From the NCBI GenBank assembly GCA_021162685.1, contig JAGGYF010000015.1, positions 1-49,951 on the forward strand: a stretch of DNA of 49,951 nucleotides, given 5' to 3'. Below the pieces are notes generated by a model. That model saw only the letters and a list, made by a program, of their open reading frames with translations, was not told the origin of the DNA and did not search any database. Positions 36,963 to 46,910 of this stretch are shown here, in pieces. A program made the translations under genes and the position numbers. How positions within the stretch are numbered: position 1 is the stretch's first letter; each line of letters begins with the position of its first letter. This DNA is from Candidatus Iainarchaeum sp. (GTDB lineage: Archaea; B1Sed10-29; WALL01).

Positions 36963-37874
36963 CTACTTTAAATGCTTTATCTCTTCCACCATCTCACATG
37001 CCTTGCATATCTCTCCAGCGCAGGGTTCCCCGCATACCTTACATGTGTTCGGCATTTCCTCTACCACAAATGTCTCCTTTAGTATCTCAACCAATCTATC
37101 ATTACTACGTAAGATGCTGTGCTTTGTCCCAGGGAATTTTGCTTCCAACTCATTAAGCATGTCTCTTATCTCAGCCCTGTATGCCTCATGGACATATCTG
37201 CACTCAACAAAATTAGATTTTATCCCCCTAAGCATTGCATAAACAACAACCTCTCTCTCTGGTATAGTTCTAAGCGGCTTAACCCTAGGAATAAACTTTT
37301 CATGTTCTATAAGGCCTTGTTCTTCTCCCATTCTTACCATTCTCCAATATTCCCCTCTTATGAAGTTCATTAGGGCAACCTGGGCCTCATCATCTAAATT
37401 ATGACCCATTACTAACTTTTTACATCCTAGCTCCCTCGCCTTCTTATTCAACAAATTTCTCCTTAAAACGCCACAATATGAGCAAATCCCCCTCCTCCTT
37501 CTCTTTTTTGCTATTTCATCAATAGTTATGCCATATTCCTCTTTAAAACGGAATATATACAGAGGAACATCCAATCTGCTGCACAGGGTTTTAGCGTCCT
37601 CTATCAGGGCATCTCTATATCCTTTTAGGCCCTCATCAATTAGTATAGCAACAACATCCGCTCTTTTCACAAACTTTTTTATGAGATAAAGGGTTGTTAG
37701 GGAATCCTTTCCTCCGCTGATAGCCACTCCAATCATCTCATTATGATCAAATTTCCCATGAATATTCTTTCTAAACCTATTTTCAAAATATCTTTTAAAA
37801 TGCTCCTCACATAATGCTTTTCCAGCGTATCTAATCTCTATAATTGCTCTTTTATTGCATTTTGAACACTTCAT
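36963..37874 (-). CDS. tRNA 2-thiouridine synthetase, TtuA/Ncs6 family
   Basis: CSKC..C..H Zn finger, SGGKDS, CSYCGVLRR, GHNLDD, C-terminal CxxC..CxxC. Confidence 0.9.
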   Translation of the reverse strand: MKCSKCNKRAIIEIRYAGKALCEEHFKRYFENRFRKNIHGKFDHNEMIGVAISGGKDSLTTLYLIKKFVKRADVVAILIDEGLKGYRDALIEDAKTLCSRLDVPLYIFRFKEEYGITIDEIAKKRRRRGICSYCGVLRRNLLNKKARELGCKKLVMGHNLDDEAQVALMNFIRGEYWRMVRMGEEQGLIEHEKFIPRVKPLRTIPEREVVVYAMLRGIKSNFVECRYVHEAYRAEIRDMLNELEAKFPGTKHSILRSNDRLVEILKETFVVEEMPNTCKVCGEPCAGEICKACEMVEEIKHLK

Positions 37875-38668
37875 ATCCCGTACACTCTCTCAGCATTTTT
37901 ATATAATATCATATCCTTTTCATCATCAGATATGTCCAAGGATTTTATTTTCTCTAATTCTGATTTAAAATCCCCCCATGGGTTATCAGAAGCAAAAAAT
38001 ATGTTTTTTACGGAATCTAAGTAATTTACTGCCCATTTAACAGCAAATCCTCTTGCCCATGATGTATCAGCGTATACTTCCAGCCCTGTTTCAATCCATT
38101 CCTTCAAGCGAGGGATTAGTTTAAAATGGCCTCTAACAGTGCCTCCCATATGAACCAAATGAATCCTTGGGCTGTATTCGTCTATAAGCTTCTCTACGTG
38201 CTCTATATCTGAATTCTGGCTTCCAGTATGCATTTGCAGGATTAATCTACTCTCTATTGCCTTTTCCATGATCTCTCTAACATCTCTATTCCATGAATTT
38301 GGGTCCGGAGTAAATTGTTTCCAGGCATTAGGACTCATTTTAAGCGCTATTATGCCTTTTTTTATGTTATTCAATACTTCTTCTGACTTTTCTTTGAATT
38401 CTGGGATGGGATTTATCCATAATGCGCCATATACCCTATCTAACTGCTTTACTGCTTCTTCCACTAACCTATTATACCTAAATGCAATGTTTCCATCTGG
38501 GCAGTATGTAGGGCAAACAATAGACTTTGCAATATTATTCTTTTGCAAAAAAGTCTCGTAATCCTCAACATCTTTTATCTCAAATCCCTCAAAAGGAGAA
38601 ATCCTGTACTTCCTGTATTCCCATGTACCCCATTCTCCAATATGGTTATGTGCGTCAACAATCTTCAT
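37871..38668 (-). CDS. Amidohydrolase_2-family metallohydrolase
   Basis: DAHNH, MHTG, VHMGG, DTS, FASDNPW, NAERVY. Confidence 0.85.
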   Translation of the reverse strand: MKIVDAHNHIGEWGTWEYRKYRISPFEGFEIKDVEDYETFLQKNNIAKSIVCPTYCPDGNIAFRYNRLVEEAVKQLDRVYGALWINPIPEFKEKSEEVLNNIKKGIIALKMSPNAWKQFTPDPNSWNRDVREIMEKAIESRLILQMHTGSQNSDIEHVEKLIDEYSPRIHLVHMGGTVRGHFKLIPRLKEWIETGLEVYADTSWARGFAVKWAVNYLDSVKNIFFASDNPWGDFKSELEKIKSLDISDDEKDMILYKNAERVYGI

Positions 38669-38862
38669 CCTCCACTCACCACTGGAATGATTTTTATGTT
38701 ATCCTTTGGCTTAATCTTGACATCCGAGGTTACAATCTTGCCATTAATTGCAACAATTACTGTCTCCTCTGTTTCACCCATTGCTTTGATGAGTTCTGAA
38801 ACAACGGGCTTGCACTCAACAGTTTTCCTGCCTTCTCTCAAATCCTCCACCAAGAATCGCAT
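38665..38862 (-). CDS. Ubiquitin-like sulfur carrier (SAMP/TtuB/MoaD-ThiS)
   Basis: VAING...D.IKIIPVVSGG with C-terminal GG. Confidence 0.9.
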   Translation of the reverse strand: MRFLVEDLREGRKTVECKPVVSELIKAMGETEETVIVAINGKIVTSDVKIKPKDNIKIIPVVSGG

Positions 38863-38912
38863 GTCCTTATTTTGTGTAAACTATATAATATGGTTTTGCC
38901 AAATATCTTGTT

Positions 38913-39455
38913 ATGCGAACGATGAAATGTATAAAAACAAGACGCTCCAGAAGGATGTTCTTAGAAAAGCCAGTAGATGATGGTATTGTAAAACAGTTGA
39001 TAGATGCAGCAAGACATGCACCATTTGGTGGACCACCAAAGAAAACATCTCAGCCATGGGAGTTCATCGTCATAAGGGATCCAGAAACAAAACAAAAACT
39101 TGCACTTCACTATAAGGATAGGCAATCCCTTAATCAAGCACCACTACTTATAGCAGTGTGTGCTGACAAAACGAGAGACCCAAAATACAAGGAATGGGAT
39201 ATCACATGTGGGTTAGCTATTGAAAATCTTTTACTTGCTGCCCATGATCTTGGATTAGGAGCGTGCTTTGTTACTACGTTTTCGCACCACGAAGGCCACA
39301 AAGAAGACAGGGAGGAATTGATAAACGCACTCCATCTTCCTGACCATATAAAACTTATTGCTATTATTGCTGTTGGGTACCCAGACCCAAATGAGAAGAT
39401 TGAGGAAAAGGAACTGAGAGATGTAGAGGAGATTATGCACAACGAGACATGGTAA
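38913..39455 (+). CDS. Nitroreductase family protein
   Basis: RRSRR.F, AAR.AP, QPWEFIV, ENLLLAAHDLGLGAC, VGYP. Confidence 0.92.
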   Translation: MRTMKCIKTRRSRRMFLEKPVDDGIVKQLIDAARHAPFGGPPKKTSQPWEFIVIRDPETKQKLALHYKDRQSLNQAPLLIAVCADKTRDPKYKEWDITCGLAIENLLLAAHDLGLGACFVTTFSHHEGHKEDREELINALHLPDHIKLIAIIAVGYPDPNEKIEEKELRDVEEIMHNETW

Positions 39456-39488
39456 ACCATTAATAAGTATGACATACAAAAGAGAAGT

Positions 39489-39854
39489 ATGCCATTAGCA
39501 AAGGAAAGAAAGCCACTTTTTAAACATAGTTTTGGTTTTAGGAGCCACGCGAAGGTCAGCTTACCCGAGCATAGGATAACTACTGAGTTCAGGGATGGAA
39601 AGCTAACAATATCAAAGGCAACAATGCGTGATTTAACTGTACATACTGTTGATTTCAAAACTGGAAAAAAAGAAACAAAGAACATGCCATTTGCCCAGCC
39701 AGAAGGAGCAACAGGATTTCCTGTATACACAAATGCACAAATCAGGCTTGAGCCAGGTGAGATAAAGAGTATCCTAAAGCAAATGGAAGGCAAGGTGGGA
39801 CCAGGAGACCTTGCTAAAATCAGGAGGCATCTGCTTTCGCTTCAGACTCGCTGA
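39489..39854 (+). CDS. Hypothetical basic protein
   Basis: 121-aa ORF filling the gap, with an AT-rich promoter-like tract upstream. Confidence 0.55.
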   Translation: MPLAKERKPLFKHSFGFRSHAKVSLPEHRITTEFRDGKLTISKATMRDLTVHTVDFKTGKKETKNMPFAQPEGATGFPVYTNAQIRLEPGEIKSILKQMEGKVGPGDLAKIRRHLLSLQTR

Positions 39855-39902
39855 CCCCTAATCTTTATTAACACAAACCGCGTTTTTTTGTATGGTGAGT
39901 CT

Positions 39903-40652
39903 ATGAAATACAGCTTGCAAGGTTCAACAATGCAGATGTTGAATATAGAGCTGGATGAGGGGGAGGTAGTAACTGCAGAACCTGGAAGAATGGTGTACAT
40001 GACTGATAATATAAAGATGGATACCAATCTTGAAGGTGGCCTTTTTGGATTTTTAAAGCGTTCTATCATCGGAGAGTCAATGTTTCTTGTTCATTTCAGA
40101 AGCGAAGCAGGTACAGGCATAGTTGCATTTGGTCCCGAGGTTCCAGGAAAAATCGTGCCTATTGAGTTAAGCGGAGGAAAAGAGGTCATTGCCCAGAAGG
40201 AGGCATTTCTATGTATGTCAAAAGGTGTAGAATTTGACCCCACCTTTACGAGGGACCTTGGAGGAGGATTTTTAGGTGCAGAGGGATTGCTTCTGATAAA
40301 AGCCAAGGGAAATGGATACATCTTCTTTAATGTTGGAGGAGAGGTCACAAAAATACATCTTGCAGAGGGGCAAAAGTTAAGAGTAGACCCAAGGTCAATA
40401 GCCATGTTTGATTCAACAGTGAATTATAGTGTAGAGAGGATAAAGGGCATAAAGAATATGCTCTTTGGAGGAGAGAATTTATTTTTGGCAACATTAACTG
40501 GACCTGGTGATGTGTGGGTACAAAGCATAACGGTTGGAGAATTGGCGATGAAGCTCTACCACTTCATGCCACATCCACGCTCAGCCTCAAAGAGCGTAGG
40601 GTCAACTGTTGCTAATACAGCACTTGGTGCACTATTTAGGAGAAGTGTATAG
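39903..40652 (+). CDS. AIM24/TIGR00266 family protein
   Basis: AEPGRMVYM, GESMF, GAEGL, FGGENLF, GPGDVWVQS. Confidence 0.9.
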   Translation: MKYSLQGSTMQMLNIELDEGEVVTAEPGRMVYMTDNIKMDTNLEGGLFGFLKRSIIGESMFLVHFRSEAGTGIVAFGPEVPGKIVPIELSGGKEVIAQKEAFLCMSKGVEFDPTFTRDLGGGFLGAEGLLLIKAKGNGYIFFNVGGEVTKIHLAEGQKLRVDPRSIAMFDSTVNYSVERIKGIKNMLFGGENLFLATLTGPGDVWVQSITVGELAMKLYHFMPHPRSASKSVGSTVANTALGALFRRSV

Positions 40653-40657
40653 GGGGG

Positions 40658-41014
40658 ATGAGCATTCCAGAAAATAATCTGTACAAGGAAGCAGGGAAAT
40701 CGTTTGTTGTAGGGACAGTCACAATAGCAATTGCACTTGTGATCGGATTAATACTAACGCTCATTATCTTTATGATTCTGTATTTCTTCTGGAAGCCACT
40801 TATGGTTGCGCTATTAACAGGTACAGCAATATTCATCACAATCTTTGCATTCTTACTTCTGTGGATGGCGATTGTTGCAATCATATTATATATTATCCAT
40901 GTTGGTACCTTTGTTAGATATTTTGGGAAGACAACAGAGGTAAGCAAAGAGCGTAAAAACTACTCTTTGACCAATGTTGAGGAAGCAGGCATGAGGACAA
41001 CAAAAGAGATGTAG
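40658..41014 (+). CDS. Hypothetical membrane protein
   Basis: Long hydrophobic stretch; GGGGG SD. Confidence 0.6.
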   Translation: MSIPENNLYKEAGKSFVVGTVTIAIALVIGLILTLIIFMILYFFWKPLMVALLTGTAIFITIFAFLLLWMAIVAIILYIIHVGTFVRYFGKTTEVSKERKNYSLTNVEEAGMRTTKEM

Positions 41015-41024
41015 TCTTTGTTCT

Positions 41025-41756
41025 ATGTCTGATGGTGCTTTTATGAACAAACGCATTCTCAAAGTTGTGGAGATGTGCGATATCATCCTTGAGGTAGTGG
41101 ATGCCAGAGATATTGATGGTACAAGGTCAAAAGCACTTGAAAACATTGTGAAAGAAAAAGGAAAGCATCTCCTCATTGTCATAAACAAATGTGACCTTGC
41201 AAAACCAAAAAGGATTCCAAAGAATGCAATACCCTTTAGTGCAAAGAAACGCTGGGGGACAAAAAGGCTTAGAAGTGAGATAAAGAGGATCATGAATAGA
41301 GATTGTTTGGATAAAGTGAAGGTTGGAGTAGTAGGCTATGCAAACACAGGAAAAAGCTCTGTAATCATTGCATTGGGGGGAAAAGCAAAGGCATCTAGCA
41401 GAGCAGGATTTACACGTGGTGAGCAATGGACAAAGATATCAAAGCACATTCTTCTTTTGGACTCACCTGGCATCATACCAAGAGGGGAAGGGGAGAAGAA
41501 ACTTGCAGTAAAGGGCGCCTTGGACGTAACCAAGATAGAGGATGCAGAAGGCGTCGCAATAGAACTACTGAAGAGGATACCAAAGAAATCACTTGTAGAG
41601 GCATATGGTGTTGAGCCCTATAACGACCCAGAAAAGCAGCTCATGGAATTAGCTGGAAAATGGATGATGTTCAGGAAGGGGGCAGAGCTTGACACAGACA
41701 GGGCAGCAAGGAAACTGATAAAAGACTGGCAGAAAGGGAAACTGCGCATTATATGA
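41025..41756 (+). CDS. Circularly permuted GTPase (RbgA/YlqF family)
   Basis: DARD, NKCD (G4), SAK (G5), GYANTGKSS (G1), GFTRG, DSPG (G3) in permuted order. Confidence 0.92.
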   Translation: MSDGAFMNKRILKVVEMCDIILEVVDARDIDGTRSKALENIVKEKGKHLLIVINKCDLAKPKRIPKNAIPFSAKKRWGTKRLRSEIKRIMNRDCLDKVKVGVVGYANTGKSSVIIALGGKAKASSRAGFTRGEQWTKISKHILLLDSPGIIPRGEGEKKLAVKGALDVTKIEDAEGVAIELLKRIPKKSLVEAYGVEPYNDPEKQLMELAGKWMMFRKGAELDTDRAARKLIKDWQKGKLRII

Positions 41757-41791
41757 TATATTTAAATATTCTTTTCATCTTATTTCTATTT

Positions 41792-42547
41792 ATGAAAAGA
41801 ACGAACCTTTTTTTGATCATAGGTGCCGTCATAGTATTTTTGTTTTTGATTGGAGCCATGTGGATCATGGCAACACCCAAAGAGGCACCAAGACCACCTC
41901 AAGTACCTGTATGTGGCAATGGCATAATTGAGCCAGGAGAGACGTATCAAACCTGCTGTTTGGATGCTGGATGTCCTGAGGGGTTGGAGTGCATAAACAA
42001 TACGTGTATTACAAGAGAGGCACCAAAAGAGGTTGAAAAAGCAGAAACCACTCTGATAGGGTTTGGCGACGCATTCCTAACAAACAACGTTAGACTGAAT
42101 GAACTGAAAGATATACTTGTTTTGCAAGTACCCAGATTTTCAAATGACTCCGCAGATATAGTTGTCTATTGGATGTTTGGTGAACCTTCACACCTCTCAG
42201 TTGAGCAGGGGAAGAGCATATCAGAGAGATACATACGCTTTACATATCTTGGTATGAGGAATAATGCAGCATTCTTGGTGTTGACAGAAGATACGAAGAT
42301 AGTCAATCTAAAGAAGACATTTGTCCTTCTGTTTGGTGAAGCAGCTAGAGTTAATGGAACAAACGACGTTATAGAGTTTGTTAGTGTTGATGGTGAACCA
42401 CTGGTTAGGACTGGTAAGATAGGAAATCCTGGGAAGTCAAGAAAGGTTGCTGTAGGAGAACCATTTTCATTTGACAATATGAACGCAGAGTTAACATACC
42501 TGAAAGGCGATAAGGCATACTTTGTGGTATGGAGGGGAGAAATATGA
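41792..42547 (+). CDS. Membrane-anchored protein with a CGNG...CCLDAGC Cys motif (paralog of 46176-46910)
   Basis: N-terminal TM; VCGNGIIEPGETYQTCCLDAGCPEGLECINNTC; beta-rich remainder. Confidence 0.75.
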   Translation: MKRTNLFLIIGAVIVFLFLIGAMWIMATPKEAPRPPQVPVCGNGIIEPGETYQTCCLDAGCPEGLECINNTCITREAPKEVEKAETTLIGFGDAFLTNNVRLNELKDILVLQVPRFSNDSADIVVYWMFGEPSHLSVEQGKSISERYIRFTYLGMRNNAAFLVLTEDTKIVNLKKTFVLLFGEAARVNGTNDVIEFVSVDGEPLVRTGKIGNPGKSRKVAVGEPFSFDNMNAELTYLKGDKAYFVVWRGEI

Positions 42548-45500
42548 GAAGAATTTTCTTGTTGATATTGCTCCTTAGTTTGGTAAGCGCTGCTTGTTCT
42601 TCAACCCCTTGTTCAAGTAGAGGATACACAGCTTGTACTGCTAGTGAATATTGTTATTGCAGCAGCACAACAGACTGTGGTGCGACATGGTATGTAGCCA
42701 CATGTAAGTGGACTGGAGGGATTGCTACAGGAAGCTGTTCAGTAGATTCTAAGACATCAACACAATGTACCTCTGACCAGAGATGCAGCTATAGCAAAGG
42801 TGGATGCTATGATGCTCTTGCATGTTACGCAGACATAGATGTAGCAAGCATTTCAATCCAAGGCGTGAATGCAAACAACGAGATAAAGGAGGGCACAATA
42901 ACTGTAAAGGTTACAGTAAAAAACAATGGAGGAATTAGTGGAAGCAGTACAATCTATGTCTATGTACGTGACAACGATTTCACAAGTATTGATGATTTGA
43001 CAGGTGTAGCTGAATGTGAAATATCAACAGGAACAATATCTGCTGGCTCATCAGTAACAAAGTCATGTAATGTAAATATAGATGTTGCAACACCTCAAAC
43101 AAGATACTTTGCTGCAAAGGTATCTGGTGGTAGTGCAAGAGCAGCAGACCCGGCAGATAATTGGAAGAAAACAAATGCTAAGATTGTGGAATGTTTCTAT
43201 AATACCGATTGTAATGCCAATGAATACTGCTCTGATCAAGTAGCTCCAGGAGATTGTAGATCATGTCCGGGAGCAAAGTGTTGTACTCAGTGGGATACCT
43301 GGCCAACAAGGTACGATTTTTCTCAGCCGAGCGATTGCTGTGATACATGCATTGTATACTTTGATACGAGCAACCATTGCGCTATGTATGTTGAACAATG
43401 CGGATATGATTGTTATGAGTGTAACGCGTATCCATCATCAGATTACTGCAGAGACTGCGACCCCGGTTCTACAGAAAGCCGGTCCTGCCCTTCAGACTGT
43501 ACAGATGTTGGAGCATGTTCATGTGGAACACAATCAAGAACATGCGATTCAAGTGGCCAGTGGGGGGACTGGAGCACTTGTACTGGCTATGTTGGACCTT
43601 CTGATGAAGTCTGTAATGGTATAGATGATGATTGTGATGGAGACATAGACGAAGGTGTTAAGAACACATACTACGAAGACGCAGATGGAGATGGATATGG
43701 AAATGCATCAGTAACTACTCAGGCATGTACTGCACCATCTGGTTATGTCTCAAACAATTTAGATTGTAATGATAACAATGCAGACATCCACCCAGGAGCA
43801 ACCGAGATTTGTAACGGAGAAGATGACGACTGTGATAACTCAATTGATGAAGGATTATCCATAGCATGTTCTTCTGATTCTGATTGTGGAACAGATGGTT
43901 GTTACTTCAACAGATACAGGAATTATTTTTGTGTAAACGCAGGTAACTGTTCATCATCTTGTACACATGTAACAGAGTCAGATAATGATGATGACGGATA
44001 CTCCCCTTCATGTGGCGACTGTAATGACTCTGATGCAAATGTACATCCTGGTGTGACAGATACATGTGATGGGATAGACAATGACTGTGATAACTTAATA
44101 GATGAAGATGCAAATTGTCCTTCTTATGAACAAGATGGACCTTATTGTTATTATAATGGGTTCTGTAATGGAACATCTGGTTGTGCTTTTGCTTCAGAAC
44201 AGTTCATAGCAGCAGTATCTGCCTATTATGAGAGTAATGGTGTATGCTATTATGGTTGTACAAGAACATGTACTGAGAATGGTTGGGTCAGAGATGATAG
44301 TACCTGCTCATCTGAGACAATAGATGATGGAGACCCATGCACAACAGATACATGTACAGCTTCTGGTGTAACCCATACCAACTGGTGTGAGCCAGAGGTA
44401 TGTGACGATGATATAGATAATGATGGGGACGGCTTAATTGATTGTCAAGATGACGATTGCCCTGCACCTGATTGTCCGACATGTCAATATGCTGCATGTG
44501 ACCAAACTACATATGATTGGTATTGCGAGAATTCTCCAACTACAGAGGAATGTGGGACATCCAATTGCCCAGATGATTATTGCTATTGGTCTGGTGGGAA
44601 GTTATACTGGAAAAATTATCCAGAAACATGTACAAGATATTGCGATGGATCTGGTTCATGCGCAGGTTGTACATGTTCTGCCACAACCACACAATGTGTT
44701 GCATATGGCTGTTGTGTCACAGCATGTTCTGATTCAACAGGATGTTATACAAAAGCAGGAACATGCTCAGATGTGTGTTCTTCATCGTCCCTCACAACAG
44801 GTAGAACGTGTTCTGGTTGTGGGTCAAATGGAGCTACTGGGAGCTGTGGTGGAGGTTCAGTGAAATATTGTACTTCTTCTGATTATACAGAGTGTGAGCA
44901 GGCAAGTTGTGGTGGCAATACATACTATTGTACTGATGAATCTGGGACTTGGCAATGGCAAACAACCAGTAAAAAATGCACAAATGACTGTCCAACAGCT
45001 TCAGCCAGTTCGAACACAACATCCATAAAGGTTGGGGAATCTGTATCCTTTGATGGTTCAAATAGCAATGATCCAGATGGGGACACGTTAAGCTATGTAT
45101 GGGACTTTGGAGATGGCACAACATCAACAGAACAAAATCCAACACATACATTTAGTTCAAGCGGAAGCTATACAGTAACACTAACTGTAAGCGATGGCTT
45201 CTGTACAGATAATGATACACTGACAGTTCAGGTAGCTAGTCTAGTGCCCCCAACCGTATCAATTTCCGCAGATCCGACATCTGGATATGCTCCTCTTAGT
45301 GTAACATTTTCATGCACTGCAAGCGACTCAGACGGAACGATTGTAAGCTATCTATGGGACTTTGGTGATGGAGTAACAAGCACACATGATTGTAGTTCAC
45401 CTTTCACACACACCTATTCTAGCGAAGGCACATACACAGTAACACTAAAAGTTACAGATGATGACTTGCAAGAAGCAAGTGATACAGTTACCATAAACGC

Positions 45501-46179
45501 AACACAGTCATTTCCAGACTTTATCATATCATCTATAACAGTAGACAATTCAACCCCAGTGCTAGGACAGAACGTACAAGTGGATGTTACTGTTGAGAAT
45601 ATTGGACATGCAGATGTTGTTGGGGATGTAGGTATAGAATTGAGAGATGGAGGGACATACCACAAAACAATTACAGACCTCGCAGTTAATTCCTCTAAAC
45701 TCGTTTCATTTACGTGGAGCAGTGGAATACCAGGCAATTATACATTAGTTGCAACAGCTGACTACAACAGCGTTTACCAAGAAGAAAGCGAGACAAATAA
45801 CAATGCAACATTGCAAATAAGAGTAAATGCACCACCAACAGCAAACGCTGGCTCTGACATAAACGCATACGAAGGAGATACTGTCATATTAAACGGAACA
45901 TGTACAGATGACAATCAAATAGTATCATGCCAATGGTATGAAGGAGACACGTTATTGGGAGACAACCCCTACTCTTATGACACAACAGGAAAGGCTGGAA
46001 CACACACACTAACATTAAAAGCAACAGATAACGATGGACTAACAGACACAGATGATATGGTATTGACTGTTCAGTCATTACAATGTACGATAAATATGAA
46101 TCTCTCAGGTCCAGAAACACTTGCATTGTTTGAGCCAGGCTTATGGGATGCAAGTGGTACAGAGGTGGTGTGCCCATGA
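42544..46179 (+). CDS. Giant Cys-rich surface protein (CARDB, TSP1-like, MopE-like repeats, PKD domains)
   Basis: Signal peptide; GTQSRTC...WGDWSTC; repeated E.C.G.D.DCD..IDE; WDFGDG PKD motifs; CARDB E..E.NN. Confidence 0.85.
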   Translation: MRRIFLLILLLSLVSAACSSTPCSSRGYTACTASEYCYCSSTTDCGATWYVATCKWTGGIATGSCSVDSKTSTQCTSDQRCSYSKGGCYDALACYADIDVASISIQGVNANNEIKEGTITVKVTVKNNGGISGSSTIYVYVRDNDFTSIDDLTGVAECEISTGTISAGSSVTKSCNVNIDVATPQTRYFAAKVSGGSARAADPADNWKKTNAKIVECFYNTDCNANEYCSDQVAPGDCRSCPGAKCCTQWDTWPTRYDFSQPSDCCDTCIVYFDTSNHCAMYVEQCGYDCYECNAYPSSDYCRDCDPGSTESRSCPSDCTDVGACSCGTQSRTCDSSGQWGDWSTCTGYVGPSDEVCNGIDDDCDGDIDEGVKNTYYEDADGDGYGNASVTTQACTAPSGYVSNNLDCNDNNADIHPGATEICNGEDDDCDNSIDEGLSIACSSDSDCGTDGCYFNRYRNYFCVNAGNCSSSCTHVTESDNDDDGYSPSCGDCNDSDANVHPGVTDTCDGIDNDCDNLIDEDANCPSYEQDGPYCYYNGFCNGTSGCAFASEQFIAAVSAYYESNGVCYYGCTRTCTENGWVRDDSTCSSETIDDGDPCTTDTCTASGVTHTNWCEPEVCDDDIDNDGDGLIDCQDDDCPAPDCPTCQYAACDQTTYDWYCENSPTTEECGTSNCPDDYCYWSGGKLYWKNYPETCTRYCDGSGSCAGCTCSATTTQCVAYGCCVTACSDSTGCYTKAGTCSDVCSSSSLTTGRTCSGCGSNGATGSCGGGSVKYCTSSDYTECEQASCGGNTYYCTDESGTWQWQTTSKKCTNDCPTASASSNTTSIKVGESVSFDGSNSNDPDGDTLSYVWDFGDGTTSTEQNPTHTFSSSGSYTVTLTVSDGFCTDNDTLTVQVASLVPPTVSISADPTSGYAPLSVTFSCTASDSDGTIVSYLWDFGDGVTSTHDCSSPFTHTYSSEGTYTVTLKVTDDDLQEASDTVTINATQSFPDFIISSITVDNSTPVLGQNVQVDVTVENIGHADVVGDVGIELRDGGTYHKTITDLAVNSSKLVSFTWSSGIPGNYTLVATADYNSVYQEESETNNNATLQIRVNAPPTANAGSDINAYEGDTVILNGTCTDDNQIVSCQWYEGDTLLGDNPYSYDTTGKAGTHTLTLKATDNDGLTDTDDMVLTVQSLQCTINMNLSGPETLALFEPGLWDASGTEVVCP

Positions 46180-46910
46180 TAAGCGAAAGCACGTTGAAAA
46201 AGATCGTTGCGTTGCAAGTCATACTCATCTTTTTAATACTTGGCTTCTGGTTCTATCAGATACAACCCAAACCAGAACAATTGCCAACATGTGGAAATGG
46301 AGTCATAGACGAAAACGAGAACCAGATAACATGTTGTCTGGACGCAGGATGCAACAAAGGGTATCATTGTGTAAACAATATGTGCGTTGAGATTGCAGGC
46401 TCAGCAAAAAGCATTGGGTACCCAGACCTTTTTGTTGATATGAACAGACCATTCAAGATTAGAGAAGGACAAACAGCAGACTTGGGCATGGTGCGCTTGA
46501 CATTGATAGATGCAGAGGAGATGAGGATAAAGTTGGAATGGCCAGCAGTTACAACAGAGCATATGCTTACGGAAGGAACACCTTTGATTGAGAACTTTGT
46601 AAAGTTTGAAGTTATAAGCAGGAGCAATGATTATGTCATGCTTTTGGCTACTGATATCGCAAGAAAGGTAGAAGTTGGAAAAACATTCATATTAAAAGAA
46701 AACAATGTTGTTTCGGTAGAAGATGTGAGGATAAAGCTAGATGAGGTAGCAAATGGCAGAGCATCTGTCACAATTGTTTTGGATGGTGCAGTTACGAAGA
46801 AAACCCTTTCAGTAGGAGGGAAGGTGCAAGTCGGAGAGTACACATTGATGTATGTTTATCCAGGTAAGCTTGGAGATGTATTTGTGGTTGAGAAAGGAGG
46901 CGTTGCGTGA
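46176..46910 (+). CDS. Membrane-anchored protein with a CGNG...CCLDAGC Cys motif (paralog of 41792-42547)
   Basis: N-terminal TM; TCGNGVIDENENQITCCLDAGCNKGYHCVNNMC; ATGA overlap with the upstream gene. Confidence 0.75.
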   Translation: MISESTLKKIVALQVILIFLILGFWFYQIQPKPEQLPTCGNGVIDENENQITCCLDAGCNKGYHCVNNMCVEIAGSAKSIGYPDLFVDMNRPFKIREGQTADLGMVRLTLIDAEEMRIKLEWPAVTTEHMLTEGTPLIENFVKFEVISRSNDYVMLLATDIARKVEVGKTFILKENNVVSVEDVRIKLDEVANGRASVTIVLDGAVTKKTLSVGGKVQVGEYTLMYVYPGKLGDVFVVEKGGVA

